From assembly GCA_963751275.1 (NCBI GenBank), contig CAVVTZ010000007.1, forward strand, positions 1 to 64,000: a stretch of DNA of 64,000 nucleotides, in the 5' to 3' direction. Shown here piece by piece: positions 12,078 to 20,333 of this stretch; the stretch's first letter is position 1, and the number at the start of each line of letters is the position of its first letter. The stretch comes from an uncultured Gemmatimonadaceae bacterium (GTDB lineage: Bacteria > Gemmatimonadota > Gemmatimonadetes > Gemmatimonadales > Gemmatimonadaceae). Below the pieces are notes generated by a model. That model was not told where the DNA came from. It did no database searches and was given only the letters and a program-made list of their open reading frames with translations. The position numbers and the translations under genes were made by a program.

Positions 12078-12823
12078 GGCTGCGTCAGCCGCGGCTGCTC
12101 CCCCGAACTGCTCCACGCCTTGATGATGTGCCAGAACACCGCCACGCCGTCCCGCCACGTGATCTTCTTCCCCTCCGCGTATGTCCGCCCAGTATACGAG
12201 ATCGGCACCTCGTACACCCGCGCGCGCATCTGCGCCAAGCGCGCGACGATCTCCGGCTCCATGCCGAAGCGGTCGCTCGTCATGTGCATCACCTTGAACG
12301 CCGGCGCGGTGAACGCCTTGTAGCCTGTTTCCATGTCGGTGAGATCGAGACCCGTGAAGATGTTCGACATGGTGGTCAACGCCGTATTCCCCAGCCGGTG
12401 CCAGTAGTTCCGCACCTGGTGCTCCTCGCGCCGCGCGAAGCGGCTGCCGAGCACGGCATCGGCGCGGCCGTCGAGCAGCGGCGCGATGAGGCGCGGGATG
12501 TCGGCGGGGTCCAGCTCCATGTCGGCGTCCTGGAACACCACGAACTCGCCCTTCGCGTGATCGCGCCCCGCGCGGATCGCCGCGCCCTTGCCGCGGTTCT
12601 GCGGCTGACGCACCACGGTGAGTCCCGGCATGCGCGCCGCGCGCGCGTCGAGCTTCTCGGCGGTGCCATCCTTCGAGCCGTCGTCCACCGCGATGATCTC
12701 CACGGTCACGAACTGCGCCGCGAGCCGCGTGCGCAATTGCTCCAGCGCATCCAGCGTGCGGTCCACGCCGCGCGCCTCGTTGTAGCAGGGCATGATGATG
12801 CTCAAGAGACGCGGCTGGCTCAC
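12074..12823 (-). CDS. Glycosyltransferase family 2, polyprenol-phosphate (DPM1-like) type
   Basis: LSIIMPCYNE, VDDGSKDGT, NRGKGAA, QDADMELDP, LTDMETGYK, YEVPISY.GR...EGKK motifs. Confidence 0.92.
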   Translation of the reverse strand: MSQPRLLSIIMPCYNEARGVDRTLDALEQLRTRLAAQFVTVEIIAVDDGSKDGTAEKLDARAARMPGLTVVRQPQNRGKGAAIRAGRDHAKGEFVVFQDADMELDPADIPRLIAPLLDGRADAVLGSRFARREEHQVRNYWHRLGNTALTTMSNIFTGLDLTDMETGYKAFTAPAFKVMHMTSDRFGMEPEIVARLAQMRARVYEVPISYTGRTYAEGKKITWRDGVAVFWHIIKAWSSSGEQPRLTQP

Positions 12824-13808
12824 GCGCGTGCCTCGTGCTCGCGCACGGCCTCCAGCGTCTCGTTCAGCGAGCGCCGCGGACTCCATCCCAGCAGCGCCTT
12901 CACGCGCGAGATGTCCGGCACGCGCCGCGCCATGTCCTCGAAGCCGGGCGCGTACGCCTCGGCGTACGGCACGTGCTTGATCTCGCTCCTGGACTTCGTG
13001 AGCGCTTTGATCTTCTTCGCGAGGTCCAGGATGGAGATCTCCTCCTCGCTGCCCACGTTGAACACGCGGCCGAGCGCGGCGGGGTGATGCGCGAGCCCGA
13101 CGATCGCCTGCACCACGTCGCGCACATCGCAGAAGCAGCGCTGCTGCGTGCCGTCGCCGAACACCGTGAGCGGCTCGCCGCGCAGCGCCTGCCGCATCAG
13201 CCGCGGCACCACCATGCCGTACTGTCCCGTCTGCCGCGGGCCGACGGTGTTGAACAGCCGGAACACCACCACCGGCGACCGGTACTCGCGGTGGTACGCC
13301 AGCGCGAGGAACTCATCGATCATCTTGCTCGCGGCGTAGCCCCAGCGGCTCTTGCTCGTGGCGCCGAGCAGTACGTCGTCTTCCTCGGCGAAGGGAAGTT
13401 TGCTCCCTTTGCCGTATACCTCGGAGGTGCTCGCGATGAGCACGCGCGCGCGGTACGTCTGCGCCGCGCGCAGCACCGCGTCGGTGCCGGCGACGTTGGT
13501 CTCGATCGTGTGCACCGGGTGCTCCACGATCGAGCTGCACGCCCACGGCGGCCGCGAGGTGGATGATCACATCCGCCTGCGACGCGAGCCGGTCGAGCAC
13601 CACCTTCTCGGTGATCGACGCCTGCGCGAAATGGAATTGCGGATGGTCCAGCAGGTGCGCGATGTTCTCGAATGCGGCCGGTGGAGAGATTGTCGATCGA
13701 GAGCACGCGCTGGCCGGCGGCGAGGAGCACGTCGGAGAGATGCGAACCAATGAAGCCGGCTCCGCCCGTGATCAGGTACGTCGTGGGACGGGCGGCGGGA
13801 GCGGTCAA
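12820..13808 (-). CDS. NAD-dependent nucleotide-sugar epimerase/dehydratase (frameshifted)
   Basis: [44 protein letters not shown] and FGDG.Q.R motifs. Probable TTG start at 13808. Confidence 0.9.
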
Positions 13809-13815
13809 GTAAGGC

Positions 13816-13876
13816 TCGGGAGTCGGGAGTCGGGAATCGCGAACTGCCACTGCCGACGACCCGAATCGACTCCCGG
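13816..13876. repeat. Heptamer-type tandem repeat (GGGAGTC / GGGAATC units)
   Basis: CTCGGGAGTCGGGAGTCGGGAATCGCGAACTGC...CGACTCCCGG. Confidence 0.55.
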
Positions 13877-13901
13877 TCACCCGATCATGCTTCGATCATG
13901 T

Positions 13902-13973
13902 CCATCATGTTCATCCTGTCAAAGCAGTTCGGTTCCATTTCCCAGAACTGCTTTGACATGATGGACATGATGG
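13902..13973. repeat. 29-bp inverted repeat (2 mismatches, 14-nt loop)
   Basis: CCATCATGTTCATCCTGTCAAAGCAGTTC ... GAACTGCTTTGACATGATGGACATGATGG. Confidence 0.85.
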
Positions 13974-14099
13974 TTCCCCTGCGGGCAAGTGCTCGGTCCG
14001 CGCATCGCTTGTTTGTTGGTTGCAGCAATAACGCGGCGGATTGCTCCCGCAGAGAATGTTATGCGCTTGCGGTGGCATGGCGGGGCAAGTAGATATTGA

Positions 14100-14164
14100 C
14101 TGTCACATCCCACCTGTCGCTTCGGCGCAGGGTGCGAGGCCGCCGCGAGGCGGCCTCTGCTTTT
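14100..14164 (+). ncRNA. Candidate small RNA (cUUCGg hairpin followed by intrinsic terminator)
   Basis: CACCTGTCGC-TTCG-GCGCAGGGTG (14111-14134), then the terminator hairpin; no credible + strand CDS ends here. The 5' end is a guess. Confidence 0.35.
14136..14164 (+). terminator. Intrinsic terminator
   Basis: GAGGCCGCC-GCGA-GGCGGCCTC followed by TGCTTTT. Confidence 0.7.
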
Positions 14165-14220
14165 CCACCATTTCTTGCAATCGCCCGGTCAGCGGTGCTA
14201 GAGGCAGTCTACAGTTCTCG

Positions 14221-14260
14221 TTGCCATTTAGTCTACTAGATCGTATACTTCGGAGTATAC
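14221..14260 (+). promoter_or_regulatory. Sigma70 promoter of the TA operon with overlapping palindromic operator
   Basis: TTGCCA (14221-14226), 17 bp, TATACT (14244-14249). Palindrome GTATACT-TCGG-AGTATAC (14243-14260). GGAGG at 14271-14275. Confidence 0.8.
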
Positions 14261-14279
14261 ATCCCAAGGCGGAGGGCAT

Positions 14280-14531
14280 ATGGCCAGCACGACGACCATG
14301 CGCGTAGCGGTAAGTGATCGAGATGCCGCTTCGGAACTCGCCAGAGAGCAGGGGCGCTCGCAGATGGAGATCGTTCACGAGGCCATCGAGCTCTATCGAC
14401 GCCAGCACATGCTCGCGGCAATGAACGCGGGCTTCGCAGCATTGCGCGGAGACGCCGCCGCGTGGCACGATGAGTTGGTCGAGCGCAATGCCTGGGATGT
14501 CGTTCTTACTGATGTTGCCAAGAACGAGTAA
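14280..14531 (+). CDS. Antitoxin, ribbon-helix-helix type
   Basis: 83 aa; N-terminal TTMRV..ELAREQGRSQMEIVHEAIE RHH-like pattern; acidic C-terminus; directly upstream of a PemK/MazF toxin. Confidence 0.8.
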   Translation: MASTTTMRVAVSDRDAASELAREQGRSQMEIVHEAIELYRRQHMLAAMNAGFAALRGDAAAWHDELVERNAWDVVLTDVAKNE

Positions 14532-14545
14532 CCGGCGGCGATCGA

Positions 14546-14896
14546 ATGGCCCCTCGCGCAGCGCCGAGCAGAGGCGACATCTGGATCGTTGATCTCGACC
14601 CAACGAAGGGACATGAGACCAGCGGAGAACGCCGGGCGTTGGTCATTTCAGTCAACGAACTGAATCATGGCCCGGCCGGACTTGCGGTGGTTCTCCCCAT
14701 CACCACGAAGGACAAGGGAATAGTCACCCATGTGAAGGTGCCCGCAGGAGGCGCCGGGCAGACGAAGGACGGATTCATCAAGTGTGAAGAAGTCCGGTCG
14801 ATTTCGTTGGACAGATTCAAGGGCAGGACCGGCATGGTGGATCGGGCTACTCTGGATGCCGTCATGCAACGCATCGCTCTGTTGCTCGGCCTGTAG
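14546..14896 (+). CDS. mazF: Type II toxin, PemK/MazF family endoribonuclease
   Basis: RGDIWIVDLDPTKGHETSGERRALVIS..LN, VVLPITT and CEEVRSISLDR motifs. Confidence 0.93.
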   Translation: MAPRAAPSRGDIWIVDLDPTKGHETSGERRALVISVNELNHGPAGLAVVLPITTKDKGIVTHVKVPAGGAGQTKDGFIKCEEVRSISLDRFKGRTGMVDRATLDAVMQRIALLLGL

Positions 14897-14903
14897 CTGC
14901 GAT

Positions 14904-15680
14904 TCACTCCTCGTGCCCGCCCCCATGCTCGTGCGTCCCCCACACGAGCTTCGGATCCGTCTCCCACGGGTTCACGTGCACCATCCACCCGAACAACCGC
15001 GGGAAGAACCGCCCCCCCGCCGCGGTGCACGCTTCCTGCGTGGTGATCGAGCCCTTGGTGCCGAACAGGAGCTTCCCGTCCTGGGTCTCGGTCATCCGCT
15101 TGATCTGGTCCTTCGGCGGCACGCAGAGGTTCACGTGCTCGTGCCACTGCGCCACGCTCAACGGCACGCGCGCGTTCAGCTGCGCTTGGGTCTCGCGCGC
15201 CGGCGCGGTGTACATCGCGCCCACCAGCTGGTAGCCGTCGGCCGTCTTCCGGTAGAGCAGGCTCGTGGGCCGCGCCGCGTCGAAGGTGAACGCCGAGTAC
15301 ACGGCGCTGTGCAGGTTCGAGAAGTGATAGACCTTCTGCGGCACCTTCGGCAGGAAGATCCGGAAGCCGTCCGCGAGCGCCACGTGGTAGTCCTGGTAGC
15401 GCGCGAGGGCCGTGCGCAGCTGCTGCACGATGCTGTCGGCGCGCGCCGAGTCGCCGGGCTTCGGCGCGCCCAGCGGCGTCATCTTCATGTGCGGACTGTC
15501 CATCATCATCCCGCCACTCATCTGCTCGTTCGCGTCGGCGGCGAGCACGTCGGTGGTGTCGGCGCCCATCTTCATGCCGGGCATCGACGAAGAGCCCGCT
15601 GCCTGCGGGCGCGCGGGCACGACGGCCAGCAGCAGGATGGCAAGGATCACGGCGGCAAGGCACAATACGCGGCGCAACAT
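14904..15680 (-). CDS. Exported hypothetical protein, Met/His-rich
   Basis: Signal peptide MLRRVLCLAAVILAILLLAVVPA; MPGMKMG and MSGGMMMDSPHMKM; YHF, WHEH and WMVHV motifs; C-terminal HEHGGGHEE. Confidence 0.8.
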   Translation of the reverse strand: MLRRVLCLAAVILAILLLAVVPARPQAAGSSSMPGMKMGADTTDVLAADANEQMSGGMMMDSPHMKMTPLGAPKPGDSARADSIVQQLRTALARYQDYHVALADGFRIFLPKVPQKVYHFSNLHSAVYSAFTFDAARPTSLLYRKTADGYQLVGAMYTAPARETQAQLNARVPLSVAQWHEHVNLCVPPKDQIKRMTETQDGKLLFGTKGSITTQEACTAAGGRFFPRLFGWMVHVNPWETDPKLVWGTHEHGGGHEE

Positions 15681-15736
15681 GACGGTCCCCCGATGGAAAA
15701 GGTGCTCGGGGATGGACGAAGCCGGCATGCGGTTCG

Positions 15737-16876
15737 TTAACTCGCCACTGCGCGCAGCGCGCCGGGCCGCCGGCCATCCACCGCCTGCGTACGGTCGCCC
15801 ACGCTCCGAAGGTGGTCCGAACTCACGTAGAACCGCCCGCGTCCGTCACCGCGGCTCACGAGCATGCCGGCCGCCACCGCCTGCACCAGATCGCGCCCCG
15901 CCACCTGATCGGAGATCTCGGCCGCGCTCCGGTACATCGCGTTCCGCACGCGCACGCCCATCGCCGCGTCGAGCAGCCCGCAGATCACGCGCGCGGGCAG
16001 GTCGCGGCGGCGCACCTCGGCCTCCAGCAGGTCCCAGAGGCGCTTCATGTCGCGCGCGCGGTCGAGCAGCGCCTGCGTGTGCTCCTCGTGCGCGGTGAGG
16101 CAGAGGTCCAGCCACGGACGGATGTCGCGCGACGGGTCCCAGCGGCGCCCGGCCACCTGCCGCATCGCCTTGTGGTACGCCGGCGCGTGATCGGCCAGAT
16201 ATTCCGACAGGCTCCCGTACTCCGGCGTGCGCGGCTCCGCGCGCGCGGTCACGAGCGTCTGCACGCAGCGCGCCATGCGGCCGTTCCCCTCGGAGAAGGG
16301 CTGCAGCAGCACGATGTTCGCGTACGCCACGGCGCCGCGCACGATGGCCGGCGTGGCCGAGCGCTCGTTCTCGTTCAGGTGGTCGAAGAGCTCGCGCGCG
16401 AGTTTGGGGATCGCGGCCGCGTCGGGGCCGTCGTAGAGCGTCTCTTCCGTGGCCGGGTCGAGCAGATTCGTGGGGCCCGCGCGCCAGCGGCCGGGATTCT
16501 TCGACGGATCGTGCCGCAGCATCATGTAATGCAGGCTGCGGATGAGCGCGTCGGAGTATTCGAAATGCGGATCCGTGGCCAGCTCGAGCACATAGCTCTT
16601 GGCCATCGTGAATCCTTCGGCGGCCGCGACCGCCGCCGGCGCCGCGTCGGTGGCCGATTCTCCTTCGCCGATCGCGATCGCATCCTCGACGCTGACGTCG
16701 AATCCCTCGATGCCGATCGAGCCGCGCACCGCGCGGGCGAGCACGTCGCGCCGGAAGAGCGTCTGCCAGCGCGGGGGCGCGGTGGTGACGGCGTAACTCA
16801 GGCTCTCGTGCAGGGCGCGAATGCGATCGACCCGCTCGTGATCGCGGGCCGTGAGCGTCGGGGCTTGGTAGAGCAT
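15737..16876 (-). CDS. Fic-domain protein (degenerate motif) with N-terminal inhibitory helix and C-terminal wHTH-like region
   Basis: SIGIEG fits (S/T)xxxE(G/N); PGRWR; QPFSEGNGRMAR. Probable ATG at 16876. Confidence 0.88.
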   Translation of the reverse strand: MLYQAPTLTARDHERVDRIRALHESLSYAVTTAPPRWQTLFRRDVLARAVRGSIGIEGFDVSVEDAIAIGEGESATDAAPAAVAAAEGFTMAKSYVLELATDPHFEYSDALIRSLHYMMLRHDPSKNPGRWRAGPTNLLDPATEETLYDGPDAAAIPKLARELFDHLNENERSATPAIVRGAVAYANIVLLQPFSEGNGRMARCVQTLVTARAEPRTPEYGSLSEYLADHAPAYHKAMRQVAGRRWDPSRDIRPWLDLCLTAHEEHTQALLDRARDMKRLWDLLEAEVRRRDLPARVICGLLDAAMGVRVRNAMYRSAAEISDQVAGRDLVQAVAAGMLVSRGDGRGRFYVSSDHLRSVGDRTQAVDGRRPGALRAVAS

Positions 16877-16970
16877 TCCCAGGTTCCTCAATGTGCGTTC
16901 GACCAACGGTACCCGGCCCGGAGCGTTGGCGCGGCGGCGCACTCCGGCTTAAGCTGTCTCTCCATACCTC

Positions 16971-17165
16971 ATGCGTTCACCGACCAGCCGGCGCCACCGG
17001 CGCCTCTCGAACATCCGACGCACCATCCGCCGTCGCTGGGCGGACTACGTCGTCGTCGTGGCGCTCATCATCGCCTGCCTCGTGGCGCTCTTCCTGCTGC
17101 TCGACGTGATCGACACCACTATCGACAAGCCGGAGCGGATCATCCCGAGCGCGAGGACGAGATGA
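16971..17165 (+). CDS. Small single-pass membrane protein, hypothetical
   Basis: 64 aa: basic N-terminus followed by hydrophobic YVVVVALIIACLVALFLLL; TAAGCT -10-like box upstream. Confidence 0.4.
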   Translation: MRSPTSRRHRRLSNIRRTIRRRWADYVVVVALIIACLVALFLLLDVIDTTIDKPERIIPSARTR

Positions 17166-17258
17166 AGATGCTCGCCGCTCGGCTGTCGCGACCGCAACGT
17201 CGTATCCAGTCCCTCCGTAACACTCTCAACGCTGTCTACGTGCGAACGTCGCCGTCCG

Positions 17259-17985
17259 TTGTGCCAGTGCCCCGCCCCAACTTTCTCAGAGAACTTGCCC
17301 AGCTTCGATAATCCGCTCGCCGCCCTCCCCGCCCTCTTCCTCGCGGGCCTGCTCACGAGCTTCACCCCGTGCATCTACCCCATGATCCCGGTGACGATCG
17401 CCATCGTCGGCGGCCAATCGGTGGGGGACACGGCGCGCCGCCCGGCCCTCTGGCTCACGCTCTCGTACGTGCTGGGCCTCGCGATCGTGTACGCCGCGCT
17501 CGGCGTCGTCGCCGGCATGACCGGCACGATCTTCGGCACGGTCAGCACGAATCCCTGGCTGCAGTTCCTGATGGCGAACCTGCTCGTGCTCTTCGCGCTC
17601 GCGATGCTCGACGTGATCCCGGTGCGCATGCCCCAGTGGGTGCTGCGCCGTGCGTCGAACGCCGGCGCCAAGGGCGGCGCGCCCGGAGCCTTCGCCATGG
17701 GCGCCGCCAGCGGACTGGTCGCCGCGCCGTGCGGCGCCCCGATCGATGGCCGGCGTCCTCACCTGGGTGGCCACCAAGCACAGCCCCGTGCTCGGCTTCA
17801 TCTACCTGTTCGTCTTCTCGCTGGGCCTGTGTGCCGTGCTCGTGGCGGCGGGACTTTCGGCCGGCTTCCTGGCCCGAATGCCGCGCGCCGGTGTATGGAT
17901 GGTGTGGGTGAAACGGGCGCTCGCCGCGGTCCTGCTGGGTGCCGCCGAGTATTACTTGATCGAAATGGGGAAACTGCTCACATGA
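17259..17985 (+). CDS. ccdA: Cytochrome c biogenesis / DsbD transmembrane domain protein (frameshift near 17745)
   Basis: GLLTSFTPCIYPMIP and GLVAAPCGAP motifs; continues as MAGVL...PRAGVWMVWVK in 17650..17985. Start approximate. Confidence 0.88.
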
Positions 17986-18476
17986 TGCGGAACATTTTCT
18001 CGGCGGTCGCGATGATCGCCGCCGCGGGCACCGCCGCCGCGCAGCAGGGAGACCTGGGGATCCCGGTGGGGAGCGCCGCGCCCGCCGCCGTCGTGCAGAC
18101 GCTCGACGGCAAGGACGCGAATCTCTCCGCGTACATCGGCAAGGGTCCGGTGGTGATCGAGTTCTGGGCCACCTGGTGCGAGAACTGCCGCGCGCTCGAG
18201 CCGCAGCTCATGTCGCTCGTGAAGCAATACGCCGGCACCGTGCAATTCGTGGGCGTGGCGGTGAGCGCCAACGAGAGCGCCGCACGCGTGAAGGCCTACG
18301 CGACCAAGCACGCATTCACGCATCCGATCTTCTTCGACACGCACGGCCTCGCCACCGGCGCCTACGACGTGCCCGCCACGAGCTACGTGGTGGTGATGAA
18401 CAAGGCCGGCGTCATCGTCTACACCGGCGTTGGCGGCGACCAGGATCTGGCGGCGGCGATAAAGAAAGCGTTGTAA
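17982..18476 (+). CDS. TlpA/ResA-like exported thioredoxin
   Basis: Signal peptide; VVIEFWATWCENC; YDVPATS (cis-Pro region atypical). ATGA overlap with ccdA. Confidence 0.9.
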   Translation: MMRNIFSAVAMIAAAGTAAAQQGDLGIPVGSAAPAAVVQTLDGKDANLSAYIGKGPVVIEFWATWCENCRALEPQLMSLVKQYAGTVQFVGVAVSANESAARVKAYATKHAFTHPIFFDTHGLATGAYDVPATSYVVVMNKAGVIVYTGVGGDQDLAAAIKKAL

Positions 18477-18483
18477 CGGATCT

Positions 18484-18580
18484 CGGCTGTCGACTGTCGG
18501 CTGTCGCAAACACCGCCCAACCGGGTCGCGCCGTTACGCATCCCGCGGCGAGTCCCGACTCCCGAGTCCCGAACCCCGGA
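18484..18580. repeat. Heptamer repeats between/within convergent gene ends
   Basis: CGGCTGT-CGACTGT-CGGCTGT-CG (18484-18506) and GAGTCCC-GACTCCC-GAGTCCC-GAACCCC (~18550-18578). Confidence 0.6.
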
Positions 18581-19094
18581 GCGCCAGCTCGAGCAACAGT
18601 TTCGGCGCACTGGGCTCGACCTGCACATAGAACTGCACGCTGTTGAGGAGCACCGCCTCCTCGACCCGCACCGCCATGAGCCGCCGCTCCATGGCCTCCG
18701 TCAACTTTGGAAAGAAGGAGAGCGTGGCATGCGGCGAGAACGCGAACCGCGGCCGCTCGAAGCTCAGCCCGCTGTTCGCGATCCGCTCGTGCAGCGTGCG
18801 GATCGGGCCGTGCGGATCCACCGGCAGCACGATGATGTCCGTCTGCATGAAGCGGTGCGGACGCTCGAAGCGCACGGTGATCGGCGCGGTGTCGTTCGTG
18901 ACCGGCTCCACCAGCTCGCGGATGCGCGCGGCCGGCGTGCTCGCCGGCATCGGCCCCGCCCCCGACGACCCCGCGAGCGTGATGTGCGGCGGTGTGCCCG
19001 CGGCCATGCGCGGGTCCGCCCAGCGCTGCACCGCGAGCACCTGCTCGGCCGCCGCGCCGCTCAATTCCGCCACCACGAAGACGCCGCTCTTCAC
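18534..19094 (-). CDS. 2H phosphoesterase (2'-5' RNA ligase family)
   Basis: Two HxT motifs: PPHITL and SPHATL. GTG start overlaps the cls stop. Confidence 0.88.
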   Translation of the reverse strand: MKSGVFVVAELSGAAAEQVLAVQRWADPRMAAGTPPHITLAGSSGAGPMPASTPAARIRELVEPVTNDTAPITVRFERPHRFMQTDIIVLPVDPHGPIRTLHERIANSGLSFERPRFAFSPHATLSFFPKLTEAMERRLMAVRVEEAVLLNSVQFYVQVEPSAPKLLLELALRGSGLGSRDSPRDA

Positions 19095-20284
19095 GCCGTG
19101 TCGCCGGGGAGCACCGGGATCCTGCCGCTCTTGCGCCGCGCCACCGGCGTCGAATTCGCGAGATCCTGCTCGAACATCTGCTCCGCCGCGGCGGCGAGCA
19201 CGGTGTCCTGGATCACGGCATCGAGTTCGTAGTTCACCTGCACGCCGAGCACGTTGAAGTCCGTGGAACCGACGCGCACCCACTGTCCGTCGATCACGCC
19301 GAACTTCGCGTGCATCATCTCGCCGTTCCACTGCCAGATCTTCACGCCGGCGGCGATCAGGTACGGATATGTTCGCGAGGTGAGCCGCGTGAACCACGGG
19401 TGGTCCGACGCGCCCGGCACGAGGATGCGCACATCCACGCCATCCATCGCCGCGATCGCGAGCGACTCCATCTGCGCGTCGCTCGGGAAGAAGTACGCGC
19501 TCGCGAGCCAGAAGCTCCGCTGCGCCGCGGTGGCGAGCAGGTTGTACGTGCGCGCGAGCCGCATGCGCCAGGGTTCGCCCTCGATGATCCCCACCACGGC
19601 GCCGTTCGCGCTCTCCGGATCGATCTCCGATCCGCGCGCGTTGCGCATGGCGCGCCATTTGTGGCGCGGCTCTTCGCCCACGCAGCGCCGCCACATGGTG
19701 TCGAACGCGCCGGCCATGTCGCACGTGGCCGGCCCCTCGATGCGCACCCCGGTGTCGCGCCACGCCGCGCGCCGGCTGCGTCGCACCGTGCCGCGCCAGA
19801 GATCGGCGATCCCGATGCCGCCGGTGATCGAGACGCGGTCGTCCACCGCGAACACCTTCCGGTGGTCGCGCGGGATCACGCCGAGCCAGCGGTGGAATCC
19901 CGGTGGATTGAAGATCCGCACTTCCACGCGCTCATCGCGCAGCTCGCGCCAGAAGGCGCGCGACACGCCGCGGCTCCCCACCCAATCGGCCATCACGCGC
20001 ACACGCACCCCGCGCTGCGCCGCCTTGGTGAGCGCTTCGCCGAAGCGCGCCCCCGTCTTGTCGCTCACCATCAGGTAGCTCTCGAGCGACACGTACTGCT
20101 CCGCCGCATCGATCGCCGCGATCATCGCGTCGAAGGTCTCGGGCCCATCGCGCAACAGGCTCACGGCATTCCCGTCGGACGCGGCGGCCATGGCGGTCCG
20201 CCACAATCCGCGCGTGAAGAGCGCGCTCGAGCGGCGCGTGATGGCAACGCTCGGGAGCCGGGTATCGGGAATCGGCAGAGTCAT
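19091..20284 (-). CDS. cls: Cardiolipin synthase (phospholipase D family, ClsB-like)
   Basis: Two HKD motifs: RDHRKVFAVD..GG and MHAKFGVID..VGSTDF; also NYEL. Confidence 0.92.
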   Translation of the reverse strand: MTLPIPDTRLPSVAITRRSSALFTRGLWRTAMAAASDGNAVSLLRDGPETFDAMIAAIDAAEQYVSLESYLMVSDKTGARFGEALTKAAQRGVRVRVMADWVGSRGVSRAFWRELRDERVEVRIFNPPGFHRWLGVIPRDHRKVFAVDDRVSITGGIGIADLWRGTVRRSRRAAWRDTGVRIEGPATCDMAGAFDTMWRRCVGEEPRHKWRAMRNARGSEIDPESANGAVVGIIEGEPWRMRLARTYNLLATAAQRSFWLASAYFFPSDAQMESLAIAAMDGVDVRILVPGASDHPWFTRLTSRTYPYLIAAGVKIWQWNGEMMHAKFGVIDGQWVRVGSTDFNVLGVQVNYELDAVIQDTVLAAAAEQMFEQDLANSTPVARRKSGRIPVLPGDTA

Positions 20285-20333
20285 CGCTGGTCGGGGGCTG
20301 TCACTCCGAGTAAGCTACGGCGCGAAGTACTCA

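Noticed and set aside
17162..17311. Short ORF MKMLAARLSRPQRR... between the small membrane ORF and ccdA
   Set aside because: No recognisable features; it overlaps the uncertain, probably frameshifted ccdA start.
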